Positions 20,538 to 29,391 of a DNA stretch of 64,000 nt are shown here, piece after piece (within the stretch, counting starts at the first letter, position 1; each line of letters starts with the position of its first letter). This stretch comes from Trypanosoma brucei (lineage: Eukaryota): NCBI GenBank assembly GCA_000002445.1, contig CH464491.1, positions 1,504,001 through 1,568,000 on the forward strand, written 5' to 3'. The notes under the pieces are model-generated. The model had not been told where the DNA came from. It saw nothing but the letters and a program-made list of their open reading frames with translations, and did no database searches. A program made the translations under genes and the position numbers.

Positions 20538-20540
<3 letters not shown>

Positions 20541-22131
20541 CGTTTCATGTTTTGTTTATTCATTTCGTCTTCATTTTACGTTCGCAGCAGCATTTTTTTT
20601 GTTTATGTTCTCTATTTTTTCTTTTATATTTTATTCGTCGCCTCGTTTCTGAGGTCTTTCGCCACTTTTACCCTTTGTTGGGGGCTGTTTGCAGTATGGT
20701 GAAAGTCTTTTACTGCTAGGATAATGAAATTGTGTATCGCATAACTGCGTGTAGAAAACGAACGGAATAAATTGGACATGAGCCAGTTACCGAGGTTTAT
20801 GAAAGAATTAACCACAGTTGTGGAGTGCCGTATACAAATGATGAAACGTATCGAAACGTGAAGAGAGAAGAAGTAGGCACGAGAGGGGATAAATTTTTTT
20901 TTTGTGATATGAAGGAGACGTTCGTAAGTTTTTCTCTTTTTTAGCCTATGAGCGTGTGTGCCGCAGCACAGGCTCTAGAGTTTCGTGAAGTATGAGGGTT
21001 CGAATGAGTTCCCGTACTTTTTCATATTTGAGAAACATTTTTTTTTTCATATGTGTCTGGTGGTTCATATTTGTTAGCCACTTTTTCCCCCTTCCTATGT
21101 TTATGGTGAACGCGTAAATAACAATTACTGTTGTAATCGCTCATCACACCGTGGCGGGTTGCGGTAGCCAAACTTCTCACGAAGAGGGTGGAGCTGCGGG
21201 GAGCGGAGGATTAATTGATAACGTCATGATAGTAAACAGGAGACACTTTTTTCATCAGTGTAAAATTCACGGTTCCGCAACAATACACGCCGAAGAGCCT
21301 CTACTTTTTTTACTGCAGTAATTAATTGCTGAGGAAAAGCAAATGCTTTTATATTGCAGGGAAAGGGGGGGATGCAAGGGGGAAAATATTGATATTGCAA
21401 TCTTTTTCTTTTTAGGGGGGGGGGAGATGCGGTGTAAGAGCGTAGAGGGACAGAGGTACATCAATGAAACACCAACTTTCAATGCGCTGTGGTTGCTTCT
21501 GTTGTGTCGGATTATGTTCGTCTGTTAATTGAGTTGGATGTGGTGCCTGTGTGTGTCGGGTTTTGAATTACAACTTCCAGATGCTCCTGTGCTTCATTGT
21601 CGATATATGTTTTCATTTATTTCTATCTTTATTTTTGTTTTGTATGTTTTGCCGTGTGTGCGTTGTGATTCTGTGATGAACTCATAGTTTTTGAAGAGAT
21701 AGGGTGGGCTCAGTGGGAAAATATTATATTCAAAATAAACTAGGAGGAAGAAATAACTTAAGGAGAAAGCACAATCAACGAGGAGGAAGACGTTCAGAAA
21801 CGCAAAAGACACACGAGCAGATCCAATATCATCATATCGCTTATCACTACGAGAATAAACTGTCACTTTTATTTGTTCCCCCCTATTAACGTTGAGCGAA
21901 AGGAGAAAAGTAAACAAATTGAAAGGGAGTAAGTTGTCATTTGGATGACGAAACTACACTTGTTTTTGGCATCCCTCTTCAAATTTTTTTCCACTTTCGT
22001 TTTATGATTTAAAGAATTGTTATAAAAAACAAGATAAGGACGTGTTGACGAGTACAAACAAAAAAGGAGGAAACTAAGGTTACTTAAGCAAGTCATACTC
22101 TGCTTTGAAGAAAAATCAGGTAACAGGTGCG

Positions 22132-23847
22132 ATGTTGGGTCGTTCGTTTAAACTTTGTGTTTCCACAAACGCCCGTGGGATCGATTTTCTCCGCAACCGT
22201 TTCACCAATAAGTCAACCGCGTTCACACGGAAGGAACGAGAACACCTCGGTGTTGTTGGGCTACTTCCACCCGCGGAGGAGACACTTGACGACCATGTCA
22301 AGCGCTGCTGGACACAATTGACCCATTTGGAGTACCCAATCAACAAATACCAACTCTTACAGGGAATTCTCAGCACTAATACTGTTCTTTATTACAAGAT
22401 TGTGGAAACCTACATGAAGGAAACACTTCCAATTATTTACACACCTACAGTGGGAGAGGCTTGTCAAAAATACGGAAACATCTTTCAAAGAGACCATGGA
22501 CTCTACATAAGCATGAAGGAACGTGGGGTGATCCGGCAGACCCTTGAAAACCTTCGGAAACCTGAGGTTGAAGTTATTGTAATAACTGATGGTTCTCGCA
22601 TCTTGGGTCTTGGTGACCTCGGAGCAAACGGTATGGGCATCAGCATTGGCAAATGTTCACTATACGTTGCCGCCGGTGGAATTAACCCGAGCCGCATCCT
22701 ACCAGTTATGATGGACGTGGGGACAGATAATGAAGGACTTCGTGCGGATCCTCAATATCTTGGTTTGCGCCAAAAACGCCCCTCTGACGAGGATTTCTAC
22801 GCTTTGTTGGATGAGTTCATGGAGGCTGCGAGTGAAGCATGGCCGGAAGCCGTTATACAATTTGAGGACTTCAGCAACAACCATTGTTTTGATATGCTTG
22901 AGCGGTACCAAAACAAGTATCGATGCTTCAATGATGATATTCAGGGAACTGGTGCTGTAATTGCTGCAGGCTTCCTAAATGCGATCGAGGCAAGCGGCAT
23001 TCCTGCAGAGGATCATCGAATAGTGTTTTTTGGCGCTGGTTCCGCTGCGACAGGTGTGGCCACCTGCATTGTTGACTTGGTTGCCGCAAAGTACAAAAAG
23101 ACGTTCGCAGAAGTGCAGAATAACGTATATCTTCTTGATACCAAGGGTGTCATAACAACCACGCGTGGCGACAAGTTGGCACCACACAAGGTCCCGTGGG
23201 CCCGCACTGATATTTCAGCCGAGCAGAGCAAGTCGCTTTCCACATTGGTGGATGCTGTGAAGTTTGTAAAACCAACAGCGCTGATCGGCCTTGGAGCCCA
23301 AGGTGGTGTTTTCACTGAGGATATTCTAAAGTTTATGCGATCATACTGCGAGAAGCCTGTGATTTTTGCACTTTCCAACCCCTCAAGCAAAGTGGAGGTT
23401 ACTCCAGACAACGCCTTCAAGTGGACCGATGGTAAGGCAATTGTCGCAACTGGCAGTCCCTTCCCGCCCACAACTCTGAACGGCAAGAAATATGAGGCAT
23501 CCCAAGGTAACAATTTGTATGTTTTCCCCGGTATTGGACTTGGTTGTGCCATCGCGCAGCCGAAAAATATCCCACAGGAGGTACTCCAAACAGCGGCCGT
23601 CACCCTCAGTAAGTTAGTGGATCGTAATGTCATGGCTTCTGAGGGAGCACTGTATCCATGTATTGATGAAGTGCGTGAAGTGTCGAAACAGGTGGCAGCT
23701 GCTGTGATTGAAAAGTTGCAAGAGATGGGTTTGGCAAAGGAGGGGTTGCCCACAAGCAAAGGGGAACGATTGAAATTGGTGGAGGAACGGATGTGGACAC
23801 CCAAATATCTTGAACCGGAATATTACCTGTCGAAGAAGCTGGAGTAA
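22132..23847 (+). CDS. Malic enzyme paralogue with a mitochondrial-type N-terminal presequence.
   Basis: The first ATG is at 22132 (MLGRSFKLCVSTNARG, basic and hydroxylated with no acidic residues). The rest aligns with the upstream malic enzyme. 22105 is a TTG. Confidence 0.95.
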   Translation: MLGRSFKLCVSTNARGIDFLRNRFTNKSTAFTRKEREHLGVVGLLPPAEETLDDHVKRCWTQLTHLEYPINKYQLLQGILSTNTVLYYKIVETYMKETLPIIYTPTVGEACQKYGNIFQRDHGLYISMKERGVIRQTLENLRKPEVEVIVITDGSRILGLGDLGANGMGISIGKCSLYVAAGGINPSRILPVMMDVGTDNEGLRADPQYLGLRQKRPSDEDFYALLDEFMEAASEAWPEAVIQFEDFSNNHCFDMLERYQNKYRCFNDDIQGTGAVIAAGFLNAIEASGIPAEDHRIVFFGAGSAATGVATCIVDLVAAKYKKTFAEVQNNVYLLDTKGVITTTRGDKLAPHKVPWARTDISAEQSKSLSTLVDAVKFVKPTALIGLGAQGGVFTEDILKFMRSYCEKPVIFALSNPSSKVEVTPDNAFKWTDGKAIVATGSPFPPTTLNGKKYEASQGNNLYVFPGIGLGCAIAQPKNIPQEVLQTAAVTLSKLVDRNVMASEGALYPCIDEVREVSKQVAAAVIEKLQEMGLAKEGLPTSKGERLKLVEERMWTPKYLEPEYYLSKKLE

Positions 23848-24466
23848 AGCCGAGGGCCTCTGTCGTTTAACTCATTGGTGTTGCATATTCTCTTTTATTT
23901 TTCTTTCTTATCTTTTTTCTTCGACCTCCGTGCTTTATTATGTTTCCGTTGTTGTGATAGTTTTTTTTGTTATTTATTTGAATGTGAGCCAATGTAAGAC
24001 ACGCGGTGATCTTTCACATGGTGACTGTTTGTTTCTTCTCACTTCATTTTTATCCGACATTTCTTTCGATAATTTGCGTCGATTGATCCGTCTGTTTGCT
24101 TCCAAACACAAAACTAATGGTTAGTAACAATAATAGCAATAGTGACAGACACAAAGAGGGGAGGGAGCGTTTTCAAGGGGGGCTGGGGTGAATTGAACAG
24201 GTAGGAGGGAGAATGTGGGGAATACGATAGGCGGATATTACATTGATTTGTTCAACCGCCAAGCAATAGATTTACTTTTTATTACTATTATTGTTTTATT
24301 ACTATACCAATATCTTTTTCCCCCCATATCTACAATACAATTCCTTGGTGGACATCGATTCCCACAATAAAGTATGCACACGCCACCGCATTTTCTTTTG
24401 TTTCGCAACGACTGTGTTCACGTGCGAAGTTAGTTCCGCACCCCTTCCTGCACGTACACACTAACA

Positions 24467-24495
24467 CGCACACACACACACACACACATATATAT
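24467..24495. repeat. (CA)n microsatellite followed by (TA)n, intergenic.
   Basis: cacacacacacacacacacacatatatat seen directly. Confidence 0.9.
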
Positions 24496-25063
24496 TCGCA
24501 TACATGCAAGGGATCACACTTATAGTTTACCTCGCAACTCGTCTGTTTTTGTCACTTACGTACCAACTGGGAGCAGCGATGAGGAGTGCTTTGCATAGGT
24601 GTTTGCGTAGAGAAAAAAAAAACGTATGTGCCTAGGTGTGCACGCTTACGTAAAAAGCAATGTTATACGTAAATGTGGCTGCCGTTTTCTTTACAATTAT
24701 TTTCCATGTTTTTATCCCGTTGATTGTCACATGCGAATAGCACATTTTTTTTCGTTCGTAGCGGGTGAATACCGCAACGAGTGAGAGGTAGGAGTTGGCA
24801 CTCGGAATATCGCGTCGCAATGGGGTCAAGTAATGAATTATGAGAGGAAAAGAATTGTACTGCCGTAATTTTAGTTGGATTCAGTTTAGCTATCAAATGT
24901 GTCAAATGCTTCGCTGTCTTCACTGCTCCCTTGCATGCACTAAAAAAAATTTTGTGACCTGCTATACAACCACCTGTTTGAGTCTCCGCACAACCACATA
25001 TCAAGAATTTGTTCTGTTACCTGTCGTAGTTTTTAGGGGTGATTTGTTCCAGGGGAAAGTTAA

Positions 25064-25726
25064 ATGACAAATTCCCCAGATGACGATGTGGACGACAATA
25101 TGTTCGAGTATGTCTCCTCATCGGCTAAATCACGGACTGGCGACACGCCGACTGACGGTGGCAGGAGGACTAAGAAAACGGTATATGAACTAGAGCGTGA
25201 GGCGCGCATTAACACTATTTTGAAGGAGGGAGGTTTAGTTTTACCTCCACCATCGGGTGAAGCAACTGTACCAACGGTGGCGATATCGCAAGGCATCTCG
25301 TCTTCAAGTGTTTGCACACCTGTTGCTGCGTCATGCCTTTCTCCTGCATCGCCGCCGAACATCAGTGGTGGTATGGGGCCCGTTTTAGGGATATCTGGAG
25401 ATAGTGAAGCAACCAGAAAGGCAGCGACGCAACGCAGCTCTGCAGAGGAAGCACAGCGACTAAAGGATCAGCGTTACGCTATTTTTCGTCGAAACAAGGC
25501 TTTGAATCAAAATGCTCTTAGAGAAGTGGATCCTGACACGAAACGATATGTTCAAATAGCATACACGCCAGCTGATGGCGGACCCCGACAGTTACGAGGT
25601 ATGGGAAGAGGAAGCGGTAGAGGTACCGGCCGCGGAAATTATGGTAATACCTCCAATGGGATGTCCCGAGGCGCTCGGCGGCCTATGGGGCGTGGCGGAC
25701 GGGGGTTTAAGCGAACGCGGGATTGA
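25064..25726 (+). CDS. Hypothetical protein with a C-terminal RGG/RG box; possibly RNA-binding.
   Basis: ATG at 25064. The C-terminus is GMGRGSGRGTGRGNYGN..RGARRPMGRGGRGFKRTRD. Confidence 0.5.
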   Translation: MTNSPDDDVDDNMFEYVSSSAKSRTGDTPTDGGRRTKKTVYELEREARINTILKEGGLVLPPPSGEATVPTVAISQGISSSSVCTPVAASCLSPASPPNISGGMGPVLGISGDSEATRKAATQRSSAEEAQRLKDQRYAIFRRNKALNQNALREVDPDTKRYVQIAYTPADGGPRQLRGMGRGSGRGTGRGNYGNTSNGMSRGARRPMGRGGRGFKRTRD

Positions 25727-26069
25727 AGTGGATGATGTGAGTGAAAGGAACCTAAAAGTCTGAGGTTCCCTCTTCTTCTTGTGTGCGACAAACCGTTACG
25801 GACGATATACTGAAGAGAGAAATGTGTGTAATATTTGGGATCTTCCAATTTAAGTGAAATAAATGTCCAAGTGAGGACGGAAGTGTGATTCTGTTCAAAA
25901 GTTTTCATGATTTTAACGCCCATTTTTCCTTTGACAGGTGACGTTCTCTCGATTCGTAACTCTTTGTATTTTTTTTTCTCTGTTGTAATCACTGCTCAGG
26001 TACGAAAGGAGGAAAAGAGAAAAAGGAAAGACAGAGTAGCTGAGGGACTGAGAGTAGGAAATAAACCTA

Positions 26070-27323
26070 ATGTCTTTTTTTGAAGATAGCGCAGACGAAC
26101 CCCCAAGAAAAAGAAGCCATGCTGAGCGGCAGTCATCTGTGCAAGGGCAAAGTAGCGGTCGAAGCTCTCAGAACCGGGTTCGGGGTTGTGAGACGGAGAG
26201 CGATGATGAGGATGCGGCACCAGTGTTTTCTCGCGATGCAAGCGGACGTGTTGGTTTGCGATTACTGCAGCAAATGCAAAAGTCTACTCCACAGGTGGGG
26301 AGTTCCCCTTCAGTCTCAACTGGTGTATCAAATACTGGAAAATTACTTGTGGTAGAGGATTACGTACCGCTATCTGTTGGTGGTTTCATGGAAACCTCGA
26401 CCGAGTCTGCAGCGAACAGCCTTGACAACATTAAACCAGGCGATATTATGTGTCTGCGGTGCCCTTCTGATTTTCGGGCTGAACCAAATGGTAATGTGAA
26501 ACGTTCTAAAGTCTCGAGTAGCACATCGTGTGGCACAACGGCGGGTATTAACTTTGTCAAGGAAACAGAACTAACAGCGGAGGAAAGGCAGTATGGGCGC
26601 CGCTTGACATGTGAAATGATGAATGAAATGTTTGAAGTAAGCCGCCTTGATCGTGCCACAAACTCTCTGGAAGCCGTTTTCCTTGACGGGACACGAAAGA
26701 AACTTAAAACTTATGCAGTTCGTCCTGCGGGTTTTGTTGAATCTGACCTATACAAACGATGGAAGGCTGATGAAAGTTCGCGGCCCGTACGGGTCGTATA
26801 CGCGGCGCAGAAGCTTCAGGTTACCGAGTCCTCTGGAGCCAATTCTGGAAGCAGCAGGGATGTTGATGGCAAAACCGCCGCAAGTGCGGTGCAATCCGCG
26901 GTGTGGTGGGTTGTGCCCCAACTTATCGTGCGTCTTGTGGAAGAGAGTGCCGGAGACCTTTTTGGAAAGAAGTTTGTTGTGAAGTCTATAGCGCGGAAGG
27001 ATGGAAAGATACGTCTTGAACCGCTCCGTGTTCCGGATGTTACCGTTTACAAAGATACCAGAGACCATGCTTTGCCCAACAGAGGGACGGAACACTCGGC
27101 TGTGGATGTCTTCGGTTGTGCAGCACTCGAAACTGTGATACCTCGTTTAGGAGAACAGGGGCTTATTGTTCAGGGCCCTATGCGTGGCGAACTCGTGGTC
27201 GTTACATCACGTGTGCGGAGTCCAAATGGGGGTCTTGAGGAAGTTAAGGTGCGCTCAACATTGACGGAGGAGGAATTCTCTGTTGAACCGCATATGTTGT
27301 GCATGATGGTTACTCAGCGGTAG
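26070..27323 (+). CDS. Hypothetical protein of 417 aa that may have a GPKOW/Spp2-like architecture (a degenerate G-patch plus KOW-like segments).
   Basis: ATG at 26070. GRVGLRLLQQMQKS weakly resembles the G-patch core G.kLLqkMGW. The C-terminal segments GKKFVVKSIARKDGKIRLEPL and GELVVVTSRVRSPNGGLEEVKV look KOW-like. The domain call is tentative. Confidence 0.55.
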   Translation: MSFFEDSADEPPRKRSHAERQSSVQGQSSGRSSQNRVRGCETESDDEDAAPVFSRDASGRVGLRLLQQMQKSTPQVGSSPSVSTGVSNTGKLLVVEDYVPLSVGGFMETSTESAANSLDNIKPGDIMCLRCPSDFRAEPNGNVKRSKVSSSTSCGTTAGINFVKETELTAEERQYGRRLTCEMMNEMFEVSRLDRATNSLEAVFLDGTRKKLKTYAVRPAGFVESDLYKRWKADESSRPVRVVYAAQKLQVTESSGANSGSSRDVDGKTAASAVQSAVWWVVPQLIVRLVEESAGDLFGKKFVVKSIARKDGKIRLEPLRVPDVTVYKDTRDHALPNRGTEHSAVDVFGCAALETVIPRLGEQGLIVQGPMRGELVVVTSRVRSPNGGLEEVKVRSTLTEEEFSVEPHMLCMMVTQR

Positions 27324-27570
27324 TTGTTCATACATCACGAATGAACAGGTGGTAAATTGCCCTGCGTAGCACCTTAATTATTTTTCTGTGCGTTTGGGAA
27401 GGTTCGTTATTTTCTGGTGAGTATTCATTGTGAGTTTATTGTACGTTTTTCCCCTTTTATTTGCGTCCGTCGTTTGGTTTCGTTTAGGATACCGATCGCG
27501 AGGTTTCTAAAACCATTTTGCCCCCCCCCCCTGGAAGTGTACTCAGTACCTTGTGCGATTTTGTGGATAG

Positions 27571-29193
27571 ATGATGAACATATCACCTCAATTTAAACGG
27601 TGGGGACAAAACACCCGGAATTTGCAACAGCAGGAAGCATATCCCTTGCGGGAACCTCCCTTCGATACATACATGGTGTTAGATTTTGAAGCTACATGCG
27701 AGCGTCACCAACGTCTTGAAGTGCCGGAAGTTATTGAATTTCCTATAGTCCTCGTAGATGCGCGGAATGGTAATACCATTAGTGAATTCCAGCAGTACGT
27801 GCGACCGGTAGTTAACCCTCAGCTCTCTCAGTTTTGCACTGAGCTTACGGGTATAACGCAATCAGTGGTAGATAGAGCAAGCACATTTCCCGACGTATTT
27901 ACCGCTGCGATGAACTACCTTCACCAAAATAATTGTGGTGAGAGAGAAATTAACAAAAGATATCTCCCCGTGACATGTGGTGACTGGGACCTCAAGACAA
28001 TGCTTCCTATTCAGGTTAAAGCGTGTATCCAACAGGGGTTTACGGTCAACGTGCCTCCATCCCTTCGCCGGTGGTTCAATATCAAACAGTACATGCAAAG
28101 AGTTTTATCTCCGGGTTTGGGACAAACGGTGTCACAACCTATACGCGATCTTCCAGATATGATGTCTGTACTCGGTCTGGAGATGAAGGGCAGGCACCAC
28201 AGCGGGATAGATGACTGCAGAAATATAGCCGCTGTGCTATGTGAACTTATCAAACTTGGCCATGTTATTACCCCAACAACAGACTACAATAGTGAGCTCA
28301 CACGGGGTACCTCGTGGGTTAGTGTCGGTGCAACTACGTCCTTGAAGCCCAGTGCAGGTTTAGGGAAGTGTCAGCAAATGCCTCACTGCCGAGAGGAGGG
28401 TTCGAACAACTCTGCCATGGGACGGAAGAGGGCTGCTAGTGACACAGTGAACAATCAACAGAGCATGATCAAGAGGATTCATATTAACGTGCTTGAAAAT
28501 GAAGATCCGCTACAAGACTTGCTAAACTTGAAGACTGATGACAGAAACAGGATGGGTAGTGAAGACATGACAAAGGAAAAGGTGGTTACATATTCTAAGG
28601 CCCTCTCCCGTATTCTCCGACATGGAGCAGACAAAATGAAAATTACAATCTCGGATGCCGGGTATGTGCTAGCCGACGATTTAGTACGCTGTGCGCCCTT
28701 CTCTAACGATAAGGCAGCGCTGACCCATCTCGCCTGGGTGGTTTATTCCAACGACAAGAAACGATTTAAAATGGCTTACGATGAAAACAGGCGTGTATAC
28801 ATACGCGCTAACCAGGGGCACAGTTTGTCTGGGATTAATCCCGAACTGGTTCCAATCACTAGCGAGACTCAAGTCCCTTTTGCCGTGCATGGCACGTATT
28901 ATTCTGCGTGGGAACGAATACGTGGCTGTGGTTATCTTTCAACAATGGGACGACAACACATTCACTTCGCCAAGGGGATGCCAGGGTCCGACGGCGTTAT
29001 AAGTGGAATGAGAAATACCTCAGAGGTGCTTTTAGTTCTTGACGTGCCGTTGCTTTTGAAGGAATCTGTGGAGTTGTGGGAAAGTGCCAACGGCGTGCTA
29101 CTTACCCCTGGTGTAAGTGGCACGGGTCGACTGCCTTTGAAGTATATCAGTTCTGTGGTCGACCGCCGGACAAATGATCTACTACCACGGTGA
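27571..29193 (+). CDS. Two-domain protein: an N-terminal ERI-1/3'hExo-like DEDDh 3'-5' exonuclease and a C-terminal Tpt1/KptA RNA 2'-phosphotransferase.
   Basis: N-terminal exonuclease motifs are YMVLDFEATCE (Exo I), TCGDWDLK (Exo II) and HHSGIDDCRNIA (Exo III, DEDDh). Tpt1 motifs in the C-terminus are LSRILRHGA, RANQGHS, HGT, RQHIHF and ANGVLLT. ATG at 27571. Confidence 0.8.
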   Translation: MMNISPQFKRWGQNTRNLQQQEAYPLREPPFDTYMVLDFEATCERHQRLEVPEVIEFPIVLVDARNGNTISEFQQYVRPVVNPQLSQFCTELTGITQSVVDRASTFPDVFTAAMNYLHQNNCGEREINKRYLPVTCGDWDLKTMLPIQVKACIQQGFTVNVPPSLRRWFNIKQYMQRVLSPGLGQTVSQPIRDLPDMMSVLGLEMKGRHHSGIDDCRNIAAVLCELIKLGHVITPTTDYNSELTRGTSWVSVGATTSLKPSAGLGKCQQMPHCREEGSNNSAMGRKRAASDTVNNQQSMIKRIHINVLENEDPLQDLLNLKTDDRNRMGSEDMTKEKVVTYSKALSRILRHGADKMKITISDAGYVLADDLVRCAPFSNDKAALTHLAWVVYSNDKKRFKMAYDENRRVYIRANQGHSLSGINPELVPITSETQVPFAVHGTYYSAWERIRGCGYLSTMGRQHIHFAKGMPGSDGVISGMRNTSEVLLVLDVPLLLKESVELWESANGVLLTPGVSGTGRLPLKYISSVVDRRTNDLLPR

Positions 29194-29391
29194 TACTTGG
29201 GCGAAATCGTGCTCTGGTGACAGCTGAGAGTTATCCGTATTGAACACTGTAGACATCCTTTCTTGCATCACATTGACTATTAATGTGTTTAGTTCTAACT
29301 TTCTCCCGTTGCTAAACTTCTCCCAGCTCTTTGTTTTTTTTAAAAAACGGTGATTAGTACTTCCCCTGTCTTCCCCGGGTGCCAGTGGGGA

